Shown here: in pieces, positions 1-10,590 of the stretch | Layout of the letters: every line of letters begins with the position of its first letter | How positions within the stretch are numbered: position 1 is the first letter of the stretch | Source: Octopus sinensis | Taxonomy: Eukaryota | Reading direction: 5' to 3' | NCBI RefSeq assembly: GCF_006345805.1 | Contig: NC_043015.1 | Coordinates: forward strand, 28,582,001-28,646,000 | DNA: 64,000 nucleotides | The notes under the pieces: generated by a model | What the model was told of the DNA's origin: nothing | What the model saw: the letters and a program-made list of their open reading frames with translations, nothing else | Database searches by the model: none | Program-made: the position numbers and the translations under genes

Positions 1-183
1 CACCTTCACATAATTAATGTAAATACATCACAAAAGATTGATTTACTGCTGTGCATATCTCAAATTATTTTATCTCATAAGAACACGCTGCATTAAAAAA
101 TACAATATATATATCGAAGGCAGACGAAAATTGTTCTAGTTGCAAAGTGGTAAGTATGCTAGATGCATTTCTGCCTTATTTAA

Positions 184-377
184 GAAGGTGCATGGCTCAG
201 TGGTTAGGGCGTCGAGCTTTCGATCGTGAGGTTGTGAGTTCGAATCCCGGACCGGGCTGCGTGTTGTGTTCTTGAGCAAGACACTTAATTTCACGTTGCT
301 CCAGTTCACTCAGCTGTAGAAATGAGTTGCGACGTCACAGGTGCCAAGCTGTATCGGCGCCTTTGCCTTTCCCTTGG
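184..377 (+). mobile_element. tRNA-derived SINE, family a (copies at 12925-13118 and 52178-52354)
   Basis: A box TGGCTCAGTGG and B box GTTCGAATCC followed by a non-tRNA body. Absent at the homologous site near 41190. Confidence 0.85.
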
Positions 378-400
378 CTATGAGTATGTGCCATTGACAA

Positions 401-760
401 TGTAGCAGCACAAGCAGTCAGCGCCATATTGGATGAGATCTCACGGCAGCCATTGCCATCTCCGAGACGGGAGCGAGACCTCACCTGCATCCATTTGCCA
501 TGCGTAAGATCACAACGAGGCTCGTGATAGAAAACTATATAAAGGGAAAACCCTCTTCAAATCTCTCTTCTTTGGCGCCGCTACACACCAGCGCTTGCTG
601 AACACACCACTGGCTGGAGGCAATTTGCACCCGCATTATCGGAGCTTAAGATGGCAGCTGAGAGCAGCACCCTTCATTACCTTTCCTGTAAATAAACCAG
701 TTGTAAATAGCATTTATAATTGAAGTCTTTTCTCTTCACCTGCTGGAAGCCTGAACTACA
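401..760 (+). mobile_element. LTR-like element, 360 bp (copies 13142-13501 and 52378-52737)
   Basis: TGTAG...CTACA termini, with TATATAAA at 536 and AATAAA at 691 in LTR order. Absent from the homologous flank near 41215. No clean TSD. Confidence 0.55.
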
Positions 761-1224
761 TAAAGAACAAAAAGATGATGGAAGGAGATGATATTCCTCC
801 AATATCATAAACCTTGCCTTCCATTATTAAAACAATGTCTAACAGGACATGAACACATTTAGCATTCTCACCAACCACTGCTAGGACAATCTTCATGTGC
901 CTGATATAAATTGTGTTTTTAAACAAGCATGTCCATATGAGATATTATTTCTGCATGAATACTACAGAAAGTTTGCCTTTTCTGATGTATTTACTTTACA
1001 TATAATATCCAGATGGATATGTATATATATTTAAGTATGCTGTGCATGAGAAGACCTGGCAGGACAAGTGGGACCATAAGCTGTGACCTCTACATGGGAT
1101 GTAGCCAGTCCACTTATGCATATCTTTCCTTCTAGGGACACAAAACTCTGCTTGCGAAGACCTGTTGAGGCAAGTGAAAATCAAAATCGAAATCGATGAA
1201 CATCAATGGAAATTGCAGCTGTGA

Positions 1225-1656
1225 TAACAGTGCCGGTGGTATGTAAGAGAACCATCTGAACGTGGCCGTTGGCAGCGCCGCCCCGACTGCCCTCGTAAAA
1301 AGCACCCACTACACTCACAGAGTGGTTGGCATTAGGAAGGGCTTCTTAACTATACAGCAACACCTGTACCCTAGAAAATTTGACTGCTCCTGGGTGGGCT
1401 TGTACCATTTATTTTTTAGTCTGTTGCCAGCCCCGCCTGGCCCTCGTGCTGGTGGCCGTTTGCCAGTCCTGTCCGACACCTGTGCCGGTGGCACGTAAAA
1501 AGTACCCACTACACTCACGGAGTGGTTGGCGTTAGGAAGGGCATCCAGCCGTAGAAATACTGCCAGACCAGACTGGGCCTGGTGCAGCCTTCTGGCTTCC
1601 CAGACCCTAGTTTGAACCGTCCAACCCATGCTAGCACGGAAAGCGGACGCTAAACA

Positions 1657-1688
<32 letters not shown>
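1225..1688 (+). mobile_element. SINE family b with an RTE-like 3' end and (ATG)n tail (copies 20281-20475, 31108-31515, 53435-53888, 62148-62550)
   Basis: Shared body GGCACGTAAAAAGCACCCACTACACTC...AGGAAGGGCATCCAGC...CCATGCTAGCA ending in (GAT)n. Confidence 0.75.
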
Positions 1689-1690
<2 letters not shown>

Positions 1691-2110
1691 GTTTGCATCT
1701 TGCTTAATATTTTCAAATATTTTTTAAAAATGAAAATGTTGGTTTGTAAATATTAAATGAAGCCCCATCACTGGAATTTCAGTAACAGCAACAAAAATAG
1801 AAAAGTATATGGGAATTTCTTCACTGATTCTTGTTCTACTTATAGATAGAACATTCTAGAATAGACGGTATATATTCTCTTTGCTACCTTGAGAATATAT
1901 ATGTATATGGTACATTGGCTGTTAACTTTCCAAAAGTTTTGTAATGCCGCAATTATTGAAACAATGTAATTAGTTTATCAAGATCCAAGACATAATTACA
2001 AAGGGTGAACACGGGCGCTCAAAAATTTCGAATGTCTAAATTTAAAACAAAGAATATAAAAGCCAGATGCAATCAACACATACATAATAATGGAATATTT
2101 ACTGAGATAC

Positions 2111-2151
2111 TTTATTAATATGAAACATACAAATATTGATTTCACTTTATT
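2111..2151 (-). terminator. Candidate polyadenylation signals of S1 (two AATAAA)
   Basis: Plus-strand TTTATT at 2111-2116 and 2146-2151, about 320-360 nt past the stop. Both are conserved in most paralog 3' flanks. Confidence 0.5.
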
Positions 2152-2467
2152 CAACCAGAAAATAACGTTTACAGGCAACAGTAGATATATTGTTAAAATA
2201 GTAAACTTGCAAAGAAAGGATACTTTAAAAAGTGTCAAATTTTTCTGTCAATGTATGGCATATACAAATTCATAATATTGATTTAGATTAATGTGGTATT
2301 ATAATATATCATTGAATAGATATGACCTTGGTTCTACACGATTACAACTGTAATGACCTCAGTCATTTTACTAAAAACAATTCTAAATAAATTTGCTCAG
2401 TTACATTCTCCACATAATACAATGTAGTATTCCATAAGAGGGAAATCTTTGACAGGGCAATATCATC

Positions 2468-3631
2468 TCATGTTGTAGGATTTGTTACTTTACCAATGAA
2501 ATGGATCATTTTAGTTCGGTTGTCAACAATTAAAAATGTGAATGGATGATTGACATCAAAATCTATACGATTTATAAAAATTTGTGCTGACGCGAAGGTC
2601 GTGACTATTCCACTTGCAGCAGCAGCTTCCGTTCCTTCTTCATTAACATCAACAAATGCTTTATGAAACATTTCACTGGCATAAATATTCTTCTCACCAC
2701 CAGTCATTCCAGATAAATCAGCTTTTAGAGGATCAAAAATATCAGAGAGTCCAAGCTTTTTCAAAACATCACCCAACTGAAAACTACTCTCTAAACAAAA
2801 TTTTGGCATATGTAATTTTAGACACATCATTTCAAATCCTTTTCTGTCAACAATGTCTTTGAGAAATTGAGCATTAATCTCCTTCTCTAAAGCAGCAAGG
2901 CCATTGATTTCATTGGGAAGAATTACAAACATACTAAATGCTTTCCCTATATAAGGTAACTCAACCACTTTATAGTTGTCACTTATTTTTGTATTAAATT
3001 CTTCAGATATATACATAAAATCATGAGATACAGTCTTGTCAGAGCTTAAATAAAACTTTCTAGATGAAGTTGCTTCTTCTGAGAATATTTCAGCCCACGT
3101 TCCTTTGAAGTATACCGCATTAATAAGAACTAGAACCGATTGAGGTGTCAAACTTCCACTTGGTAACAGATCAGTAATTTTGTTATTTGTGTTATTCTTA
3201 ACCCAATCATTAATAGTTATTCTTGTCTTCTCAGCATTTGTTATAAAGTCTACATTTTCAATATCTGAAAAGAAATATTTTACCATGTTGTTCTTGTAGT
3301 CTTCTGAAATAGGGAATTTTTCATTGGCACACAAACGATTCACTAAATTGGATGTGACGAGTTTATCTGAGTTTTTCAAAAGTGAAAAATATTCTTTAAA
3401 AGCTAAAGCTACAGAATCTGGATTTGATGTTATCTTCAAAACATTTTCAAACTGTTTGGAAGAGTTTTGTCTTGCTCCCAAATAAACCATTGATAAAACA
3501 GTAGCAACACTGAATGGTGACATGAAGACATTTTCATTGATTCCTGTAGCCACAGCTTGATAAAGACTGTTTGTAAAATAATCAATTGAAGCAGCAAGGT
3601 TACTGATGTCTTGTTTCTTTGCTGAGTCCAT
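2468..3631 (-). CDS. Serpin S1, intracellular (no signal peptide), inhibitory type; RCL SGIVTTFA-SAQIFINRID (P1-P1' about Ala-Ser)
   Basis: Intact 387-aa ORF with serpin motifs NVFMSPFSV, LINAVYFKGTW, MPKF, HKAFVDVNEEGTEAAAA and FDVNHPFTFLI; no hydrophobic N-terminus; coding region has no intron. Confidence 0.97.
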   Translation of the reverse strand: MDSAKKQDISNLAASIDYFTNSLYQAVATGINENVFMSPFSVATVLSMVYLGARQNSSKQFENVLKITSNPDSVALAFKEYFSLLKNSDKLVTSNLVNRLCANEKFPISEDYKNNMVKYFFSDIENVDFITNAEKTRITINDWVKNNTNNKITDLLPSGSLTPQSVLVLINAVYFKGTWAEIFSEEATSSRKFYLSSDKTVSHDFMYISEEFNTKISDNYKVVELPYIGKAFSMFVILPNEINGLAALEKEINAQFLKDIVDRKGFEMMCLKLHMPKFCLESSFQLGDVLKKLGLSDIFDPLKADLSGMTGGEKNIYASEMFHKAFVDVNEEGTEAAAASGIVTTFASAQIFINRIDFDVNHPFTFLIVDNRTKMIHFIGKVTNPTT

Positions 3632-3648
3632 ATTGTATACGATAGTAT

Positions 3649-3680
3649 CTGGAGAATATAGAATATGAAGAGAAAATATA
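3649..3680 (-). promoter_or_regulatory. 3' splice acceptor of a 5'-UTR intron upstream of the serpin coding exon (conserved before every minus-strand copy)
   Basis: Minus strand reads TTTTCTCTTCATATTCTATATTCTCCAG then a 17-nt leader then ATG. The leader is 17 nt in S1-S5 and S8 and 16 nt in S7, so its phase is not conserved, which fits a UTR. Confidence 0.7.
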
Positions 3681-4223
3681 CAGAATAAATTCTTGCAAAC
3701 ATTTCAAAATATTATATTAGACATTACTGTAATTAGAGACATCTATAAAAGCAAAGTCTGAAATCTCTTCTGATCAAACTCTAATTTTAACTTTTACATG
3801 AACATATTTCTTAACATAACACAGAGTTAATGTGTTTTAAACAGTTTTTAAAATAATTAAAAATTTATATGATTAATTAATATAACCATTTTTCTCTCCA
3901 ATATTTATCTGATATTTGGCACATATCTTAAAAGTTTCATTTATAAGATGATGTTGGAACTTAACCATGTTTGCATTTCAGAGACAAATTTGAATGGAGC
4001 AGGTTTAGTTTTCATTTTTTGCATATATGGTAAGATAAGGTATCAAGTACAATGATATACTCCACCTGCTGAGAGCCTGGTCAAATACTTGCAACAAAAT
4101 GACATCCTCAAAAAAGGCCTTAATGTGCCTGGAGGTGATGTTGAACTAATTAGTGTAATACCAAGCTAGACCGGATCCTGTAAACCTAGACTCAATGGTT
4201 AATATTTAGTTTGTAGAATGACC

Positions 4224-4502
4224 TGTGGGATGACGTCAGCAGCTGGGTGCGTTGACCGGAAGCTGGGGCAACCGGAAGGGGCTGCTGTCAGGCGTGCGCA
4301 GGCAGCAGTCAATTGGGCCTTTCCAACGTGGGCCGTCCAAATGACAAGACGTGTGAGGATGGTGGCGAAGGGTCTGGGTGAGCAGCTGCTATCTTTAGTG
4401 TTCGGGTTGGAGCTGTGTCGAAGGATTAGCTACCACAGAAGGGTCTCCATCACGAGGAAGAGAAGGTAGGTGCCTTTATATTCAAATCGTGCACACACCA
4501 CA
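4224..4502. mobile_element. Solo LTR, 279 bp, 5-bp TSD TGACC (copies 16492-16770, 22995-23284, 56425-56703)
   Basis: TGTGG...CCACA termini flanked by TGACC at 4219-4223 and 4503-4507. The empty site with a single TGACC is at 44257-44261. Confidence 0.85.
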
Positions 4503-5099
4503 TGACCGTGTGAAGGAGAGGTGACGAGAATGTCTCCTTTAGTACGCCGCACGGTCGATTACAATAAATAGGAAAAAGGATGAATGAGTATGAATGCCAG
4601 CAGGAAAAGAGAGACACAACCAGTAGAATGTTTAAGAGAAAGATTTTATTGATAGGTTAACATGTGTGTCTGTGTGTGTGTCATGTATATATAATAATAG
4701 ACAGGCCGTCATGTATACATAATGTGTGTGCAGAAACGTGGATGTATGCATGTGCGATAAGTACAGAGCATTGAAAGAGTCTATAATAGGACGTTAGAAG
4801 AATGCAATGCAGAGCCAGTTGAGGCACATGTCATGCGTGAAGCTGTGGCTACTATGCAGAGCCGGTTACTTGGTACAGAAGGTTCTCGCAGGTTGTATCT
4901 GCTGTTAACCATGGTGAAATAATTCATGAACAGTGTTGAGTAGAGGCCATTGATTGGTTAAAATCTGAAAAATTAAACTACGTTAAACTTACAAATTACA
5001 ATTTTCTCAAGAGAGCCAGAAATTGTGTTGAAAACTGCCGTTCAAAAGGAATAGATCCTCCTTTTCTAATTGAAACCATTTTTCTGCAAGGCCTTCCAC

Positions 5100-6058
5100 A
5101 TGACCATATCACGCCATCCGACAAATTTTTTTTGGCTACATCCTTCAAGGAACATTTCTAGAGAATAGTAAGTTAAAGTGCAACCAGATTATTGATATTT
5201 TATATTATTGGGCAAAAGAAGATTTAGCAAAGGGAATAGCCCAGGAATGCCGTATAGATTGGAGAAATTTTTGCTGTGATATATGTGCAGAATATTATGT
5301 TGCACAAAACATTAAGCTCGGAGGGCCAAACTGAATTGTAGAGATAGATGAAAGAGCGTTTGTTAGAAGAAAATATAATGTTGGCCATCAGGTTAAAACG
5401 CAGTGGGTTTTTGGTGCTTTGGAAAGGGATACTAGAAGATGGTATTTGGTGGCAGTGGAAGATCGGACTGCGGACACTCTTTTAGAAATTATACAAGAGC
5501 GTATATAGCCTGGTACAACTGTAATTTCTAACCTCTGGCGTTCGTATAATACGCTCAATCAGCTAGGATATAGGCATTTGACTGTGAATCATCATCATCA
5601 TCATCATCATCGTTTAACGTCCGTTCTCCATGCTAGCATGGGTTGGACGGTTCGACCGGGGTTCTGGGAAGCCAGAAGGCTGCACCAGGCTCCAGTCTAA
5701 TCTGGCAATGTTTCTACAGCTGGATGCCCTTCCTAACGCTAACCACTCCGTGAGTGTAGTGGGTGCTTTTTACGTGCCACCTGCACAGGTGCCAGGCGAG
5801 GCTGGCAACGCCCACGGTCAGATTGGTGTATTTTATGTGCCACCGGCAATAAATTTTGTTGATCCGGTAACATTTGCCACAACCAACCACATAGAATGTT
5901 TATGGAAGCATGTAAAGAATCGTAACAAAAGAGAAAATGGAACAGCCCGAAATTTACTTCAATCCCATCTCATTGAATTCATGTGGCATTATGAATTTAA
6001 GGACGAAATCTTTGGAAAGTTATTGGAACAAATTCAACATCTATACCCATGCATTTGA
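5100..6058 (+). pseudogene. Merlin-superfamily (IS1595/ISXO2-like DDE) transposase fossil with a SINE inserted at about 5593-5846
   Basis: Motifs VEIDE, WVFGALER, TVISxLW, HLTVNH, TTNHIECLW and LLQSHLIEFMW. Several stops. An antisense family-b SINE is inserted in HLTVNH|SINF. Confidence 0.85.
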
Positions 6059-6434
6059 AACGTTACAGAATAGAAGTATCTACAAAGCATTTGTTTTATA
6101 TTTCATTAAATTCTCTCAGTTGAAAATTATATTTTTATATTCTAAATAATTTGCAATTTCAGAAAATATATTAACTTTGCATTTTTTAATTTGATAAGTT
6201 CTACGGAAACAAACAAGTTACGTCAGATTGAAGTTACACTTTCTTTTACTTTCCTCCTGACAGCTAATTCCGTAGTGGTGCCTGTAACAGGATGTAGCGC
6301 AACTACGTGCTCTTTTGTTTTCTTACACACACGCCGCCTCAATTCAGGTGGGGTAAACATTTAAAATAACATTTTTTTGTTGATGCTTGTATCCCACCAA
6401 TGGAGCACGCATGTGGCCCATTGGTTTCATCATT

Positions 6435-6765
6435 GCAATGTTTCGTTTGTAGTAGCACGCTTGTAGCACGTTTCCGTCAATTTCTGTAAAAAACTTTAAT
6501 TTTTTTTACATATGGCTTTGCGGGAACATTTGAAGTAATGAGAGCGAAAGAGACTAAGAGGAAGCGATTTTATGACGAGGAAATTTCTTTTGAAGCTATG
6601 AAAGCATTGATGTACGTGTGTGTGTGTGTTTGATGGGGTGTGGGAGACAGACAGTATGTTGTGTAAGTGAAGTGCTTCTGTTAGTGTGTGTGAAGAGACA
6701 GAGAGAGTAATGTGTGAAAGAGAGAGATAACTGAAATTTTTTGCTACTACAAACGAAACATTGCC
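6435..6765. mobile_element. MITE, short (internally deleted) form with TIR GGCAATGTTTCGTTTGTAGTAGCA (second short copy at 26853-27173)
   Basis: Inverted termini GCAATGTTTCGTTTGTAGTAGCA and TGCTACTACAAACGAAACATTGCC. Absent at the homologous sites near 46270 and 58970. Confidence 0.85.
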
Positions 6766-6982
6766 CCATTGGCTCCTGAAAGTTATGAGGGAAAAAATAG
6801 GATTGTGTGAATTTTCCGAAAGTCCTCTCCTCCTCTCCGTTTCGTTTACGCAAATTTTGTTTTCCAGATTCGTTAACTTTTTTCTTCTTGTTCTGGTGGC
6901 CGGGTATTAAACTTGTAGTGTGATGGATGAAGAAGACAACAGAAAAAGAATCAACGGGAGAAAGAAATACAAAAGGCCTTAC

Positions 6983-7170
6983 CTCTTCGAAATCAGCGGT
7001 CTCTTTCACGAATTCTACACGTCTTAACGCTTTCCCGTCTATGTTGGAACTGTCCTGCTTGACAAACTCCTGCTGCGCATGCATTCTGCAGTCTTCCGCC
7101 CACTTCATCTATCACCAGTGCACCACTTAGCTCATCACATCCTATAACACCGACTGCCAACACCACAAAA
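6983..7170 (-). other. Candidate upstream (first) exon ending at donor GAG|GTAAGG; homologs end at 27391, 46480 and 59182
   Basis: AG|GTAAGG is conserved in all four copies and is followed by a pyrimidine-rich stretch on the minus strand. The region is CpG-rich relative to its flanks. The 5' end is unknown. Confidence 0.45.
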
Positions 7171-7171
7171 C

Positions 7172-7420
7172 TAGGGAGTAACCGATTCGCTGGCAGAAAA
7201 GTTAGCACGACGGGCGAAATGCTTAGCGGTATTTCGTCAGCGATACGTTCTGGGTTCAAATTCCGCCAAGGTCGACTTTGCCTTTTATCCTTTCGGGGTC
7301 GATAAATTAAGTACCAGTTACGCACTGGTGTCGATGTAATGGACTGAATACCTATGTCTGTCCTTGTTTGTCCCCTCTGTGTTTAGCCCCTTGTGGGTAA
7401 TAAAGAAATAGGTATCCCAG
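7172..7420 (+). mobile_element. SINE family c (copies near 27580-27820, 46670-46910, 59370-59610; a unit-specific insertion at 53007-53231)
   Basis: Body GGGTTCAAATTCCGCC..GGTCGACTTTGCCTTT..CCTTTCGGGGTCGATAAATTAAGTACCAG. The 53-kb copy sits in a (TA)n site that is empty at about 1025 and 13765. Confidence 0.8.
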
Positions 7421-8052
7421 ACACTCCTATTAGATTGATACAGAAATTAACCGTTTTCTTATTTTTCAAGGTAGGATATGATTTTAGGAAGATTTGGCTG
7501 GTCTATTGACCACGTAGGGGTTTTCTCTTTGACTCATATCTAGATTTTGATGTCAGCCAAGTTTTTTAAAGAATGAAAGTTTTCGAAAATGAACACGCTA
7601 ATAATAAATAATTTCCATTATTTTATTTCATACAAAAACATTCGGTTAATGTGAATAACTTGTCTTATTTTATCTAAAAAGACGAAGTGAAAAAAAAAAA
7701 GAATTTAATCTGCTACATGGTGAAGTTTTGCCGTGATTTGACTTTCAAATAATGCATGACAAAACTATGGAATGTCGTCGATAATGAAGAGACTTTGCGA
7801 GGAAAGTTTGAGCGACGTGGCAATGAATGTGAAGTAATTAGTATGTCGAGTTTCGTTCCTTGCTGATAGAGTTAAAATGGGAGAAACATTTTTGTTTTAA
7901 AATTTCTATAGCGCAAAATAGAAGTTAACTGCAGCATAAAGTAGAAAAGAAGTTCTGCCGACGACCACGTAGACTGCAGTTGACTCCAGAATGTGTACGG
8001 TAGACTAATTAACGATCTCGGCGTATAATGTGTGATGAACCAGAAATAATAA

Positions 8053-8445
8053 TCTCTCTATATGTAAAACTGAGAACGTGTGTCTGTCTGTGTTTCCCTA
8101 AAAGTTGAGAACTACATAACCAATTTCATTCAAATTTTACACATGCCTTACTTAGAGTCCATGTTTTTTTAATGGGCAAAAAAAACATTCAACTTCTTGC
8201 CTTGGGCGAGCCCATAGCAATATCATATCTTCTCCACTATGATTCGCTAAAACTTGAGAACTACATAACCAATTTCATTCAAATTTTACACATGCCTTAC
8301 TTAGGGTCCATGTAGTTTCAAGGGGGAAAAAAATGTTCAACTTCTTGCCTAGAGCGAGCCCATAGCAATATCATATCTTCTCCACTATTTCTGTATTACG
8401 TGTTAAAAGTGAAACAAAAACATTTCTCTATTTTATGTCAGATAC
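8053..8445 (+). mobile_element. 5' portion of a non-autonomous Helitron with ~149-bp internal tandem repeats (also 47550-47940)
   Basis: A|TCTCTCTATATGTAAAACTGAGAACGTGTGTCTGTCTG start, matching the 5' end of the complete elements at 28461 and 60254. I found no 3' hairpin-CTAG in these units. Confidence 0.55.
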
Positions 8446-8480
8446 TTTCACATTTTCTTACCTTTTGTAAGATAGAAAAT

Positions 8481-8990
8481 GGAAGAAGAAGAAGAAGAAG
8501 AAGAAGAAGAAGAAGAAGAAGAAGAAGAAGAAGAAGAAGAAGAAGAAGAAGAAGAGAAGAAGAAGGAGAAGAAGAAGAAGGAGAAGAAGAAGAAGGAGAA
8601 GAAGAAGAAGAAGAAGGGAAGAAGAAGAAGGAGAAGAAGAAGAAGAAGAAGGAGAAGAAGAAGAAGAAGAAGAAGGGGAAGAAGAAGAAGGAGAAGAAGA
8701 AGAAGGAGAATAAGAAGAAGAAGAAGAAGGAGAAGAAGAAGAAGGAGAAGAAGAAGAAGAAGGAGAAGAAGAAGGAGAAGAAGATGAAGAAGAAGAAGAT
8801 GGAGAAGGAGAAAAAGAAGAAGATGGAGAAGAAGAAGAAGAAGGAGAATAAGAAGAAAGAGAAGAAGAAGAAGAAGAAGAAGAAGAAGAAGAAGGAGGAG
8901 GAGGCGGCAGAGAAGGAGGAGGGGGAGAAGAAGAAGAAGAAGAAGTTGATGATAATGACGACGACAACAATGATGAAGATGATGATGGGT
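8481..8990. repeat. Long (GAA)n / (GGAGAA) polypurine tract followed by (GAT)n (homolog about 47972-48435)
   Basis: Directly visible. Source of the spurious poly-E/K/R/F/S ORFs. Confidence 0.98.
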
Positions 8991-9201
8991 GTAGTGATGA
9001 CTAGAACCACATTCATTATCTTTGAATGATGGATCATTAGGGCCATTTGAGCATCAATGTTATTGACTCTAACCAGTTTCTCTGGAAATTGCTGGTATGC
9101 CATTATAGAGAATATTATCAGAAGGAGCCTTCACTGTTCCATCACAACTGCTGGAGCTAGAGTAGGTTTTGACTGGTGATGGTAGGTGCCCCAACAGAAT
9201 A

Positions 9202-9724
9202 CTGTAAATCCTCGAGTATAGTCTGCCCTTGAGTATAATACGCAGGGGATTTTTAGGAGGCTCTACCTCTGAAAAACCTAAACCTTGTGTATAATACGCA
9301 CTCCTTCTCTAACTTGAGTCGTGCATAATTAAACCAGCAGCACCTAGTCGAACAGACACTTCTGCACATGCGTAATACAATAATGGTGATGTTCTTAACT
9401 GTTATATGGGAATGTTAATATGTTTGCAAATTGTTTTTATTACATGTTATTCTGTGTTCTAAATACTTTTATTTCGATAAATGTTGCTTACTGCAAGTTA
9501 TGGATGATTCTTTTATGACTTCATTGCTTTCAGGCTTAGCTTAAGGTATTTTCGTGCCTGACATCACAAAATGTGTCTGAATAAACATTGCCGGACAGCA
9601 AATAGAGACTCGGACATTGCTTAGAAAATATTTTTCATTTTTAATCTCGTATAAAGTATGCACTAGTGATCTTGACCATTAAATTTTTGGGTAAAAAGTG
9701 CAGATTATACTTGAGGATTTACGG
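9202..9724. mobile_element. Tc1/mariner-superfamily (pogo/Tigger-like) MITE with TA TSD (copy 48648-49153)
   Basis: TA|CTGTAAATCCTCGAGTATA ... TATACTTGAGGATTTACGG|TA: imperfect 19-bp TIRs flanked by TA. Confidence 0.8.
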
Positions 9725-9805
9725 TATGGTATATTGGTTTCCATAGGGGAAAAGCAAATCCCTAATTTGGGACATGATGTGCTACATTCTCTAGCTGCAT
9801 CTGGC

Positions 9806-10036
9806 CCATAACGCAGAAGAGAGGAAGTTTAACAAATGCATGAGCCTGACTGGCTGCTGTCTGTTTGTGCAGATTGCCATCAAGACCTTCGGTGTTCTTG
9901 GGCCCCTCACTGCTAATTCCTTCCACTAAATTAGGAAAGCAGTGGCCCGTCTGAAAAATGAACCCAGCAAAGTGGTATGGCTGTTGTAGCGAGCATTGTT
10001 GGCCATTCTCTGTGACAATGCTTTTGCAGTTATGTC
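9806..10036 (+). pseudogene. Fossil C-terminal restriction-like endonuclease region of an RLE non-LTR retrotransposon (CRE-like; copy 49205-49486)
   Basis: Translation AEERKFNKCMSL...LFVQIAIKTFGVLGP...EPSKVVWLL*RALLAILCDNAFAV matches the remembered pattern AE.RK..KY...F.P.A.ET.G..GP...WL.QR.S.AI.RGNA. Confidence 0.55.
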
Positions 10037-10149
10037 AGTGGAGTGCAGCTGAACATGCCATTTGGTCTGGGGTGTAAAACCTCTTACTCCTTCTCACCCC
10101 ATCTTTTGCTGTTTAATTCCCCCTTTTTTCTTTGTTTCCTCAGTGAGGT

Positions 10150-10382
10150 TACTCTCTCTTTACTCTTTTACTCTTTTACTTGTTTCAGTCATTTGACTGC
10201 AGCCATGCTGGAGCACCACCTTTAATCGAGCAACTCGACCCCGGGACTTATTCTTTTTGTAAGCCCAGTACTTATTCTATCGGTCTATTTTGCCGAACCG
10301 CTAAGTAACGGGGACCTAAACACACCAGCATCGGTCGTCAAGCAATGCTAGGGGGACAAACACAGACACACAAACACACACA

Positions 10383-10424
<42 letters not shown>

Positions 10425-10590
10425 TACGACAGGCTTCTTTCAGTTTCCGTCTACCAACTCCACTCACAAGGCTTAGGTTGGCCCGGGGCTATAGTAGAAG
10501 ACACTTGTCCAAGGGGCCACGCAGTAGGACTGAGCCCGGAACCATGTGGTTGGTAAGCAAGCTACTTACCACACAGCCACTCCTGCGCCT
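10150..10590 (-). mobile_element. SINE family d with an internal (TA)n/(CA)n tract (copies 11262-11430 -, 32053-32420 +, 35732-35970 +, 49610-50079 -, 50750-50910 -, 63088-63490 +)
   Basis: tRNA-like head AGGCGCAGGAGTGGCTGTGTGGTAAGTAGCTTGCT..GGTTCCGGGTTCAGTCCC, a central microsatellite, and a tail ending ...GACTGAAACAAGTAAAAGAGTA. Confidence 0.85.

Noticed and set aside
1315-1716. Poly-His ORFs and the hybrid 142-aa ORF at 5630-6058
   Set aside because: They are (ATG/CAT)n SINE tails and a chance SINE-Merlin fusion frame.
2656-3702. Recurrent overlapping ORFs MLYETFHW... (+) and MFARIYSV... (-)
   Set aside because: These are shadow frames of the serpin CDS, recurring only because the gene is duplicated. 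The antisense one is truncated in S4 and absent in others.
4157-4660. An older enclosing LTR (TGTAATAC...GTTAACA) around the solo-LTR insertion sites
   Set aside because: The TG/CA ends are not flanked by any target-site duplication, so support is insufficient.
7510-7535. NF-kB-like site (GGGGTTTTCT) upstream of the candidate first exon
   Set aside because: It is a short imperfect match expected by chance in AT-rich DNA, and its conservation only reflects recent duplication.
8400-9103. Long poly-E/K/R/F/S ORFs on both strands (also 47941-48492)
   Set aside because: They are translations of the GAA microsatellite, and the peptides are not conserved between the two homologous tracts.
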